DNA of 64,000 nt from Camelus dromedarius (lineage: Eukaryota): the NCBI RefSeq assembly GCF_036321535.1, contig NC_087437.1, positions 45,200,001 through 45,264,000 on the forward strand, given 5' to 3'. The translations under genes were made by a program, and so were the position numbers. The notes under the pieces are model-generated. The model saw only the letters and a program-made list of their open reading frames with translations, made no database searches and had not been told where the DNA came from. Shown in pieces: positions 13,876 through 25,696 of this stretch. Every line of letters starts with the position of its first letter. Within the stretch, counting starts at the first letter, position 1.

Positions 13876-14503
13876 AGTGGGCCAAGATGGTGGAGTAAAG
13901 ACACCCTGATCTCACCTCCTCTCACGAGCACACCAAAACCACAACTATCTGCAGAACAACCACCTGTGAAAAAGACCAAATCCTACCATAAAAGATCTAC
14001 AACTAACAACCTAAAGAAGGAACCACAACAAGATGGGTAGGAGGAGCGGACTCATAACATAATCATGTCCCACACCTCTGGGATGGGCTAACCACAAACT
14101 GGAGAATAATTATATGGCAGAGGCCCTCCCACAGGAGTGAGGGTTCTGAGCCCCATGTCAGGCTCCCCAGCCCGGGGGTCCGGCACCAGGAAGACGAGTG
14201 CGTTTATGTTTGAAGGCCAGTGGGGCATAACTTCGGGAGCCCCAACGGACTGCGGAAAACAGAGACCTCACTCTTAAGGAGCACACACAAAGCCTCTCGT
14301 GCACGGGACCCAGGGCCAAAGCGGTCATTTGATAGGAACCTCGGCCAGACCTACCTGATGGTCTTGAAGAACTTCCTGGAGAGGCCAGAGCAGCGGCAGC
14401 TCACCCTGGGACACGGACACTGGCGGCAACCATATTTGGGAGCTCGTTCTACGACGTGAAGCCGGAAGTCGGTGCTGGTGGCACCTGGCCCCACCCAACA
14501 GCC
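13876..14503 (+). mobile_element. L1 5' UTR (promoter region), CpG-rich
   Basis: Begins ggccaagatggtggagtaaagacaccctgatctcacctcctctcacgagcacaccaaaa, typical of a laurasiatherian L1 5' end with the YY1-like CAAGATGG; an L1 ORF1 fragment follows downstream. Confidence 0.8.
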
Positions 14504-14938
14504 CGGAAAGACCTCCTGCGGGGAGGGCCTAACTCGGAGCTGCTATGACTACCACAAGCCGGTACACGCCGTATTTCTCTTCTTGTTATGTGATACAGCA
14601 GGTGTCAGGAGTGGCAAGTGGAAGACGGTTGACCCTGGGATTGGAGTTCTGGAAGCATGAAAGTCAGAGGCTTCAGGACTGTGGCAGGGGTGAGAAAAAC
14701 CGCCTTTGTGGGAGGTCCCACTCCTGACCGTTTGTTTTATGTGAGATGTCAACATACGTTTCACTGACAAATCTTATGATATAAATTTTAAATTGGCTCA
14801 AATAATGAATTACCTAGAATGCCAGGTTTAAATGACCTATTTTTCTACAATTATTAAAATATTTTAAAAATTCTTTGTATTACTGATTTGATCGATTATT
14901 ACAATAAGGCACATATGTATCTATCATGATATATTTGA
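14504..14938 (+). repeat. Local duplication, copy 2, embedded between L1 5' UTR and L1 ORF1
   Basis: Roughly 80-85% identical by eye to 11906-12336, with two short indels. Confidence 0.95.
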
Positions 14939-15068
14939 AAGCATAATGGCTGAAAACTTCCCTAATCTGGAAAAGGAAATGGTCACTCAAGTCCAAGGAG
15001 CACAGAGAGTCCCATTCAGGATAAACCCAAAGAGGAACACACCACAGTATATTGTAATTAAAATGACA
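14931..15068 (+). mobile_element. L1 ORF1p fragment
   Basis: Translation MAENFPNLEKEMVTQVQGAQRVPFRINPKRNTPQYIVIKMT matches the conserved ENFPNL...AQR.P...N.KR.TP RRM region of L1 ORF1p. Confidence 0.9.
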
Positions 15069-16311
15069 GTAACTGTAATTTTACTAAAAGTATCAGGGCA
15101 TGCAACTGCTGGAATCAAATTTTTGAAGTAAGACAGAATAATACATTTAGAAATAAGAGCTTAAGCCATAGTTAGGCTGAAGTTGTAGAGCAAAGAAGAG
15201 TACTTTTATAAGACCAAAACAAATTTCATTATTTATATAACATGCAAATATTACATATATCTGACTCACATTCACTAAGTGTGAATGTCTTTAAGGTTAG
15301 TAGGAATAATCACTTCACTTTTCCAGGGTTGTCACAAGCCATATGGCAGTTAAGTACAGAAGAGAAAACAAAGGCACAAAGGGTATTTTTAGTCAGTCTG
15401 TTACTTCCAGTCATATTAAGGATACATTTGCATTGCCACTTATGACTGGGTTGACTGTCACATAATTAATAGTTGGTATTAAAAATGTTCAGCTTCTTAT
15501 ATTGCTGAAGTGCAGGCCCCGTCTTAAAATACAGATGGAAGACAATAAAATAATATAAATAATTTATTTTGTCCATGTATTGGTGTGGTAATTGTTGGCA
15601 GTTTATTCTGTCATCATGGTTTATTCATTTTATGTAATTGAAAAATTTTCTTCAGGGTACCATGTATTTAATTTTTATTCAACCATAAACTGAAGCAGTC
15701 AGGAGCAGCAGCTGTTTTACTAAGTAGGGAGAAGTTTTCTGGGGTTTTTAATGTTTTTTTCTTCTTGTTTTAGCCTATTAGAAGTTCTAATCTTAGGTAT
15801 GTCCAAATCTTATCTTTGCAGGTAACATGGAAAGAGAAGCAATCATAATAACAATTCAGATTTTTATTTCCACTTTTGGTAAAATAATCTTAGGAAGCGC
15901 TCTCACTTCACTTCACTACTAAAACAAAAACACTACACAAACTCTAATGACATTCCATAACCAACTCAATAATATTTATAATTTCTAACGTGACAATTCA
16001 GATATTTTATAACTTGTTTCCCAACCAACCTATTCATTCTTAGATCCTGTAATTTTACCTCAGTTTCTCTGGAGTCTGGTTGAAATAAAATACAGAAAAA
16101 AATTGCTTACCTAAACTCACATGACTTGCTAGACCAGGCAACACACTACATAAATTCTGTAAATCTTAATGACGGATACCAGTTTTACTTACCATGAATC
16201 AGTTGTCTTTGTTCTCAAACTTGTCTGTCATTTTTACTTACGAGTATGAAATTAAAAGATAGGTAGTATATGTGCTTTGTTGTTGAGAAGAGCAATATGA
16301 AAAAGACTTAC

Positions 16312-16430
16312 CTCTGAGAGCCAGTTCATACATGGGCTTTCAATCCAAATTTGTACCATCTGTGAATTCTCAAGCCTTCAGAGTATTAATATACTTCAAT
16401 ACGGCCCCTGGTTGGATGTGCCCAAAATAC
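16312..16430 (-). other. Candidate spliced exon (119 nt), probably non-coding or 5' UTR
   Basis: Minus strand: acceptor ttgctttgctttttttgccAG and donor GAG|GTAAGT; all three frames read from the acceptor hit a stop. Confidence 0.4.
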
Positions 16431-16635
16431 CTGGCAAAAAAAGCAAAGCAAATCCGCTCTGAAGAAAATCACCCTAATCCCAGGCTACAAGGAATTTCGC
16501 CAAATAATTTTCTAATAAAGTTGAGTAAATGGTCAAACCCCTTTAGCACCAAGAAAATGAGTCACCATAAGCAAGAACTAGCGACCCTTTCACCAAGGCA
16601 ACAGAATTAGACCTACAGAGACCACAAACCCTTGA

Positions 16636-16870
16636 AGGACATTTGGTCCTGTCCAAAACATCCATAAGATAATTGGCCCACCCCAAAATGTCCTTGATAT
16701 TTGCCAGACCATTTGGTCCTGTCCAAAATGCCCATAAAGCATTTGGTCCATGTCAAAAGATCCTTGATATTTGATCCTGTCCAAAACCATTTGGCATGGA
16801 CCAAATATGCTCATGAAAATTTTGTGTAGGACCAAATTTCAAGGACCTTATGGCATGGCCAAATGTCTGC
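16636..16870. repeat. Foldback/MITE-like element with internal ~19-nt units
   Basis: Five direct units related to CATTTGGTCCTGTCCAAAA followed by three inverted units (..GGACCAAAT); terminal inverted GACATTTGG. Confidence 0.75.
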
Positions 16871-17589
16871 TAACCAACGAAGACAAGTATTTTTTAAACC
16901 CGTGCTTACTACTACTTAGGGAAATATAACTCAAACTTGAAAGCATGAACAGAAAACAAGAAACTATAAAAACTTTATTGAGCAGATTTGCAAATTAACC
17001 AAATGAAATGTTTTAATGTAAAATATGATTTAAATTAAAAACCCAATGAGGGACAAATGAGAATATATGTATATGCATGTCCCAGTGAACTGCAGTTTCA
17101 ATTTTTACACATCAAAAGGTGTGAGAGAGAAGAAAAAGGCCAGGGCACACATTACTTAAAAGCTTCAAAATGATACCTCTTATAAAGTGGAATCTAATCA
17201 TAAATACCCCTCACCCCCGATCCAACAACTGAAAGGAAGATTATCTGTCTTAAAATTACCTGTGTTGAATAAGGTGTGTGTGAGGGGTTCTACCATGGCA
17301 GTTCATAACAACAAGCTGATACTTCCATGAATCTGTAGCCAAATTCATAATAAACAATAACTTACTGCATCACTTTATATGCGAACTTTTCTCCCTCTCC
17401 AATCAAACAGGAAATCTCTGCTCTAAAATGAATTTCCCATCCATTCCTGAAGTATACCATTCTCATCACTATCAGTTAAACAAACATTGTTAATGTTGTA
17501 AGAAATACCAATAGTCCTAGAACAGTGTTTATTGGGAGAAAATTCAGGGAGGTAGGAGCAGGTGCATTGTTTTGTATTGCCTATTAATA

Positions 17590-17714
17590 TTTCTTTTGAA
17601 GTACAGTCAGTTTGAAATGTATCAGTTTCTGGGGTACAGCACAAGACTTCAGTCATATAGGAGCATACACACATTCAGTCTCACATTCTTCTTCACCATA
17701 GATTACTACAAGAT
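17590..17714 (-). mobile_element. Very short L1 3' end (camelid type)
   Basis: ttttgaagtacagtcagtttgaaatgtatcagtttctggggtacagc...tactacaagat, homologous to 6475-6620. Confidence 0.75.
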
Positions 17715-18311
17715 GTGTTGCTTACTGCTTTCTATGGCAGTATATGATGATTCAGCCAGGCTGAGTGTCTGAGTCATATAATTTACAATATGAGGGAAGA
17801 ATCAGCTCCTTCCCTGATGTGATCAGGAGTGAGAGAGAAATCCTCTTATGACAATTCAAGACTTCCATAACTATTCTGCCAACGCATCATTCGTGGCTGG
17901 GGTAACAATCCCTTCTCTGGCTTGATCAAAGTCTTCAGCCCAAGCTTCATGACTATGGCTATACGGTACGACTTATGAGTGGTTTCTAGGACTGAGCTGA
18001 TCCCTCAATATTTTACTCAGTTGACTGCCTTATATACTTACTTGTATATTTTCCATGGCATGTTTCCAACTCACAAAAGATTCTTCACTTTATGAGGTCA
18101 TCTCTATCCCTTTGGGAGGTCATCCTGTAAGACATCAATATTGGGCAAATTAGCACTTACCCTCACTATTCATATAATTTTGTCAAAGCTGAACTTGTAT
18201 GCAGAACATCTCACCCACTGTTTCTAATTCATCTAAATCCTATACAGGATAAAGCCTGTCTACTTTATTAAACCTTCCAAAACCTTTCATTATACCCAAC
18301 TAGACACCTAA

Positions 18312-18690
18312 GGTAGTGGTTCCCAGTGATGGAATCCTGGTGCCCTTGTGTACAGAGAATCATGGGAGGGATAAGAGAGAGATGAGTTACAGGTGGCTTT
18401 CTGGAATTTCTATACACTTTATGCATGATGTAATCTGGTGAAAAAAAAAAAAGCCATCATCCTAGATAAACGCATATACGAGAATATCTTCTTTCAATGG
18501 CCTGACAGAAAAAGAATGCAGTCTTCTATCAACACTATGATATTTTTGCCTGAATTATTTATTTTGGTTCTTAGCTCATGCCACCTTGAGTTGAACAATT
18601 TTAATATATTTATTATTTTGAATCTGCTAAATCATATTCTTTGAGGATAAATTATATTTCGGTCCTCCCAAAAAACTAGCAAATCACTAG
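18312..18690. mobile_element. Possible hAT-Charlie-type DNA transposon remnant
   Basis: tagtggttccca at the left end and aaatcactag at the right end resemble hAT-Charlie TIRs; interior not assigned. Confidence 0.3.
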
Positions 18691-20019
18691 GTTCCCTCAA
18701 TACATTTTTATTGAGAAACTCAGTAAGTTTCAAAGTACAACATGTAACTTGCAAAGATGGGACTACTGTTTATGAATAACCCATCCTTTCAGTGAATGTC
18801 ATTTACCAGTAATTAGTGGTACAGTATATTGGCTGATTTTTTTTTCTTTTATCAAGTTGATAGCTCAAGTTAAGATTTAATGTCTACAATAGACGAATAT
18901 ATGAATATTTGAGATTTTACTTATACAAAAGTTGACTAAAAACATGTTTATCTATTTATATCTATCAAATAATTGACTGATTGACCCTAGGTAATTGACC
19001 AAATGTCTCTGAGTATCAACTTCTTCATTTAGAGTGATTATAAAGACCAAATTCAAGCACTCTGTGTGTCATAAAGTTATTTTGTGACTGTGTCTTACTG
19101 TTAGTGCAGTAGTACTAACACATGTCTTCAGCAAAGGTCATGCTGATGTGAATTGGAATGACTGGGCTTCAACAGAAATTCTGGGGAAATACATGACTAA
19201 AACTTTAGAGAACGATGAGTAGCAATATTCTGGAGGGGTCTAGCCATACCTTGCCTCACTTGCTGTAAATAATTTACAACCCCTGAGTTAGGATTGGCCC
19301 AGATATTCAAGAAGTATGTTGATTATGCCATGGTTTTCTTTTACTTTCAATGAAAAGCTTCTTAAACCTTGGAGAGATCAACAACTGTGGCTCAAATATA
19401 TTAGCCTTTAGTCTTCATGTAATTTTGAGTTTTACGTGTAGCATCTTAATATACTGTTCGGATTACATCCTCTTCCCTAGGTTCTACTTTCACTTTCTGC
19501 AATTAATTTATATTACATAATTATATTGCTAACTCATTCTAAGGGTCACCTACCTTTAACCCCAAAGTACTTTAGTAGCTAGTCTATTGCAGAACATTGA
19601 GTTGTATTACTAATTGGTAGTGAGCTTTTCATTTCTTTGGTTTGATTCTCAACATATTACATTCTTTTTAAAAACATAATTACATACATTTCTCTTTTAG
19701 ATTCTTAGTTGGTTCATTTTCTTCTGCAGCCTAATATTATGATTCTCTGTATTTATTTAACTCTCTTCTAAGCATCATATAATTATGAAATGAAATTGCC
19801 AGCCCTTAATGTTATCAGCAAAATCCATTAAATAATTTCTTTAGCCTGAATTGCCCCTTTCTCATTAAAGGAGCCTACTGTTTCCAATGATTCTTTTCCA
19901 GCTTAGATAATATTGTTAAAAATACAAGTAATTATACATGAAATACTCACTTAAAATCTGATTGTGCCTATGATGTGCCAAACACTGAAACTCTCTATCT
20001 ATGGGAATATCAGTTCAGT

Positions 20020-20280
20020 TTGATTCAACTTAACACACATTTATTTGATGCCAGATATATGTCAAAGCACTATTCCAGGTTGTGGGGATGTAGGAATAAA
20101 CAGTACACAGTGATCTTTCTCAAAGAACTCACCATATAACAGAAAAAAACCTGACATAACATGATAAGCACTATGAGAGAGGTGGAGGACACATCATTAG
20201 CACACACACAAAAAGAGTCAATCAAGTTGACCCTGAGGGAACGGTGGGTGGCAGGTGCCTTTATAGACAGTATAGAGATG
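20020..20280 (-). mobile_element. L2 3' fragment
   Basis: acatttatttgatgccagatatatgtcaaagcactattccaggttgtggggatg...tctcaaagaactcacc. Confidence 0.65.
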
Positions 20281-20603
20281 GTTATTATCTTTGGCTTCCA
20301 AGTATAAATGGTTGCTCTCTATGTTGTCACCTAGTTGTCCTAACTTAACCTACATCCTAGGGAGGCATCAGTGGGCACTAACTGAACAAAGATCTATTGT
20401 AAAACAGCATTTTTCCTGGCTGGGGAAAAAGATGATGACAGTACAGTCAGCAGAAAACCCTGGTTTTACTACTGCTTTTTAAGCATGGCTTCTGGTCCAG
20501 TTTCTTACAGCTCTCTGCTTTTCCCCTGAGCTTCCTTTGTGGGGGATGAAATATATTCTCTCCTAGCCACAGATGACTCACTCCACATTACTTGTAAGAT
20601 CTG

Positions 20604-20792
20604 GAGCACTTTCTCAGCCTTGGCTGCACAACTACAATTACTTTGGGAATATATATTTTTTTGAAAAACATGGATGCCCAGTTGTTATTGGTAGATGATC
20701 TGATTCAAATGCTCAGAGATAGATCCAGGCACAGGAATTTTTTTTAAGCTCTTTGGTTGACTACACTGTGCAGCCAGGATTGAGAATCACTG
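20604..20792. mobile_element. MER5A-like hAT-Charlie MITE
   Basis: ttctcagccttggctgcaca ... ttttaagctc ... tgtgcagccaggattgagaatcactg with inverted ends. Confidence 0.8.
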
Positions 20793-20975
20793 TGCCAGAA
20801 AACCCCAAATATGTGGTAGGCATTAGAGGTTGCTCTGGACTTGCTGAAATTACTAGTAAATGGACAGGGAGATTGAGCTTCTGATTTCTGCAGATGGGCT
20901 GGGGTACTGATAACTTCAATTCAACCTGGCAAGAACACATGGTGATACTCTTCACACTGCTATTTTATGAATGAG

Positions 20976-21371
20976 CAGTGATGTACTTAGTAACCAGATC
21001 CCTGCGAGGGAAAAAAATCTCATTTATAGATTTGATTATCTCCATGACGTAAATAGAACTACCACGGTTATTTTCAGGTATCCATCTGATCACTAAACAC
21101 AAAGTTGGGAAGAGAGGCATAGAAAGTAGCACATCACTATATAATATTTCCAAAATACAGATACAACTATTACTTCAAGAGCATAGAAAATAGCAAAACA
21201 TATTTTTAAAAGTAATTAATTTTGAGCATCTATTTTCTTTTTAATATAATTTATTTAATTATAAATTTCTAATTTTGAATAATGGCTATGTTCAACAACT
21301 GACTCACATAAATCTTAAAAATGTCCATAGGCCATTATGACATTCTATGGACAGGCTTCAGTACACCACTG
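20976..21371 (+). mobile_element. MER63-like hAT-Blackjack element
   Basis: Inverted ends cagtgatgtact / agtacaccactg; internal agttgggaagag as in MER63. Confidence 0.75.
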
Positions 21372-22369
21372 TATAAGCCAATTTACTTGTGAGCAGCACC
21401 AGTATTCAAAATTCTTAACAACTAGTTCTGCCTAGGCACCAGCCAATCAGAATGGATGTGAGCCAGGATGCCACAAGGTTTTACAAGTGTCTACAAGGCT
21501 TTAAGACATAGACATAGGACAGATCCTATTTATTCATCATTCACCTTTATATCCTTTAAAGTTCCTTGCACACTGCCTTGAGCATAATGGGTGATCTCAA
21601 GTAGTTTGGAAAGACTAAATGGCTAAAAGAGTGAATGAATGAATAGATTATATATTAGAGAAGGTGATTCCATAGTAGTCTCTATTACTAAGGACTCATA
21701 TTTTGACAAACCCCTTATTTCTTTTTATAAAAAGAGCTTGTGATTGGCTGGGGATTTTCGTGGTGAAAAAGTAAACAGCATTTTATCTATTCCTTTCCCT
21801 TAACAATCTTCTTTTCTACAGGTGGAGGTTTTCCATTGAAATAGATTCCACCCCAACTTTTATGCTCCAGCAAATTGAAGTCCTGCCATTCTCACATACA
21901 CCTAGCCCTCTCATGCTCCATCCAACTTGTTTGTTTCTTCTTTGTACACACTTTTCTTGGCTTTTCCTTTTGCCTTGTGCCCTCAGTTATTTGGGAATCA
22001 TCCACCTCTCTCAAGGCTCAGAAAACCTTTTTCTACTCATCTCTACACCTGCTGTGAGACTGGTTACCTTCTCTCCTGTGCTTCCACTGTGATTGCTACA
22101 TAATGCTAACGTAATATCTAACACTTTCTATGAGCTCAACTGTTTACGTATCTGCATTTACTGACATTCCCTTTCCTATCTTTGGGGAGAATGGGAGCCC
22201 CTTGAAGGCAACATTGTCTTTGACATCCCCTTGCTGCCCCCTCTTCTGAATCCCGTGAGACTTTTTACTGGCTATTGTACATTTGCAAACCCCTTTAACC
22301 CCTTTCTAGAGCTAAGGCTCTTTGAAAGCAGAGGAAGTATATACTCTATCATTATTTCTATATAATAAA

Positions 22370-22600
22370 GATGTGGTGGACTTTGGAGCCAGACTCCTCA
22401 GAATTAAGGTCCCATTATTAACTATATATGTGATTTAAACTAATTATTTCCTTCTGCTTCGGTTTCCTTATCTAAAAAAAAAAAGTTGTTAAAAACATAC
22501 TGATCTTACAGAGTGTTAAGAGGACAGAATGATTCAATTCATAAAAATTTACTTAGAACAATTTATTGTAAGCACACAATAAATACTAGCTATTATTCTT
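22370..22600 (+). mobile_element. MIR SINE
   Basis: ggactttggagccagac...ttcggtttccttatctaaaa...cttagaaca...caataaatactagctattatt. Confidence 0.8.
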
Positions 22601-25134
22601 ACAGTACACACCTGATAGATAATCGTCAAATGAATGAAGAATAAAACATACAATAGAGTTAATTTCACTACTGCCCTACTTATTATAACACCCTATTTCC
22701 CAGAAAGGATGAATAACTTACAATATATATTTACTATTTTAATACTATACAATAATTGAAGTTAATATTCTCTTTTATATTACTTGAAGAAAGCGTTGAT
22801 TTTAAGAATATCTTTTTATCTTCTTTCTGAACTTAACTTCAGGGGTTTTTCAATCTTTTTATCCCATTAGCATCCTTCTAAACTAGACTTCTTAAAAATT
22901 CATGCTCAAGGGGTCACCTTTTCTTCTGTCATATCACTTGCCTTCTAAGATGGATCTCACCCTGCCCTGAGGTGGAAAATCGTTAGCTTTGATGTAGCCT
23001 GAGACCAAAAAAGATGTGTCATTTTCCTTTAAAGAGATAAACTGAAATGTAAAAGGTAATCATAAGCAAAGTACAATCTTTTTAATCTTGATCTAAGCAG
23101 AATTTGATTTCTGAAAGCACAGGAAACACTATTCAGCCAAGACCTGGGAGAACAGGAGTTATGAAGTCCCAGAATATAGCACCTGGTCTAGGAAAATAGA
23201 CTATATGGATTATTTTTACTCTAAAAATATGCTTTAAATGGTTGAATTAAGATTAACCAGGTCCTTAGTTTGAATTTACCATTATAAACATGCTTAATTT
23301 ATCTTTTAAAATTTCTTTCTGAGCATCCTTACTCTTATTAATCCATTTTTTGTTCTATTGGTTACAAAAATTTCCTAAGAAACTATTGATTTTTAGTGGC
23401 ACAGACTTATTTTATTAATTGAAGGTCTATTTTTTTTTCCTTTGAAGTCATACAAATACTTGCACTGATAAACTGGAAAACACTGCCATTGGGGGAATAT
23501 AATTTGCCCATAACTCATTAGTAGAAAAAAAGTCACTTTAAGAAATCTCATTAAATCCAATACCAAGTTTCATTTTTGTAATTAATATTTCCTAAAATCA
23601 GAATCATTACAAAACATGTGAAATGAAACAAATTACTGAAGATGAAGATAAATTACCTTCTTGTACTAAAATAATATATCTTAGAAGTTAAGAATTTAGA
23701 AGGATTCTTTCTTACTGCAACTGTGTTGCTCTCCTACCTGTCCAACCAGTAAGTCTCCTAACTGTCTACTAATAAATCTAGTAAATCTAACTAGAAACAT
23801 CAACAATTAAATTTTGAGGTAAATTGAGTAGTTTAGGGTCACTTTCCAGGCATTAAAACAGAGACTGTCTTTCTGATTCCAAGGGCGAAAATTCTTTATA
23901 TGTTATGACAGCTTCTAATTCCTAGAAACTCTTATTACTTAGGAAAATAGTCAAAGATGTATTACTTTCTGTGGGTCCAGATTGAACAAGACATGATACA
24001 AGAGCTTTTTCAGATAATCAACAGAAAATACATTAGAGAAAATATATAAGGTAGAAATCTACATTCTTGTCATCAAAGCTAATTGACAACTGAGGAATAC
24101 TTTTTCTTCTTTTGCTTCTTTTCTGTTAGCTAAATAATTACTCTTGGTAATAATTACTATATAAAAATTATGATAGGAAAACAAAGAAATAAAAGCAACC
24201 CTAGAATTTCTTCCTTCCTCCATTATCCTTCCTTCCTTTTTCTCTTTTTAAACTGAATTGCTCTGAATTCCTTTTGTGCTTTGCTATAGCCCAGATTAAA
24301 GATACGCCAATTTCTTACTTTACCGCTAATCTTGAGTTGGGATAAATAATGTAAGTATTTTTATTTCCTTTTTTCTTGTACTCTATTTTCTTATATTTTC
24401 TCTTAGATGCTTTATTCCTGTCTTCCCTCCAAACAATTTAAGGCAAAGCTCTGCACATGCTACAATACTGAGTATTTGTCAATAAGATGCAGTATTCCTG
24501 AGGGAGCCTACCTGTCTGACACTTCTTTCTTCTCAGTCCTTACATCTATATTGCTGACTTTTGCAGTATTTTATTTCATTTCTTTCTCTTTCCCTTCACC
24601 AGTATCCTGGTAAGGAACTTAGCGGCAAGATCATTATTCACACTTAAAAGAGAGAAAATTGAGGCTTAAAGACTTGTCCAAGGTCACACAGGCAAGCCCT
24701 GAGAGACCCTGGAGAGTTGTAGCAAATATTTGCTAGAAAAAACTTGGTTTCAGAGCACACTGCATCATTAAGAGGTAAATGCACTTCCTTTGAATGTGGA
24801 AAGCAAAGAGACTTGTTAGAAAACATGCAATTTTACAAATGAGCCAGGAATATGCTTTGCCCAAAGAGACACCTGGAATTAATTGCTACTCTCTTAAGAG
24901 ATCAATGGGACACATGTCAGGGGATTGGAATGTGTGGCAGAGTTACCAAGGCAGAAGACTTTTATGTTGGCAAAAGCACTGCCTCCCAGTTAGATTTTTT
25001 AATTGCCTAAACATTAGCAGCAAGCTGTCACCCTGTTGATGAAAGCTGTTACTTGGTGTCTGGATGTTCAGCGTTCCTGCCTTCAGTGAACTTAAAATAA
25101 ATTAAAGGTTTGAAAATATGAGGGAGAAACTTAC

Positions 25135-25167
25135 CTCTTAGCTAAACTTAGATCAAAGCCTTCCTGT
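25135..25167 (-). other. Candidate small exon (33 nt)
   Basis: Minus strand cacttttcAG|acaggaaggctttgatctaagtttagctaagag|GTAAGT; one open frame (QEGFDLSLAK). Confidence 0.25.
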
Positions 25168-25332
25168 CTGAAAAGTGACTCTAACCAGGAGTTTTCTCTT
25201 TCTCTTTCATCTCCTTCCTTCCTTTCTTTATTCCTTCTTACCTTCCTTCCTCTCTTTTTTTTTTCAGCCAACAGATAATTCTTGTAATTGACTTAACAAA
25301 TGTCTCATGAACACTTAAAAAGAGCAGTTTTA

Positions 25333-25696
25333 TACCATATGATATCATTTATATGTGGAATCTAAAAAAAAAGACACAAATGAATTTATTTAAAAAACAG
25401 AAACAGACTCACAGACATAGAAAACAAGCTTATGGTTACTGGGGAGAAAGGGGATGGGAAGGGATAAATTGGGAGTTTGAGATTTGCAGATACTAAGTAC
25501 TTCATATAAAACAGATAAACGACAAGTTTATACTGTATAGCACAGGGAAATATATTCAGTATCTTGTAGTAGCATTTAATGAAAAAGAATGTGAAACCAG
25601 ATATATGTATGTATATGTATGACTGAAGCTTTATGCTTTACACCAGAAATGGACATAACATTGTAAACTGACAGTACTTCAACTAAAAAAAAATTT
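25333..25696 (+). mobile_element. 5'-truncated L1 3' end (camelid type) with A tail
   Basis: taccatatgatatcatttatatgtggaatctaaaa...gggataaattgggagtttgagatttgcagatac...ttgtaaactgacagtacttcaa plus A tail; TSD-like aaaaagagcagtttta (25317-25332) / aaaaacagcaatgtta (25697-25712). Confidence 0.9.

Noticed and set aside
16636..16870. CRISPR-like array of ~19-nt repeats with spacers
   Set aside because: Mammalian context, no cas genes, spacers are short and related to each other, and the units switch orientation
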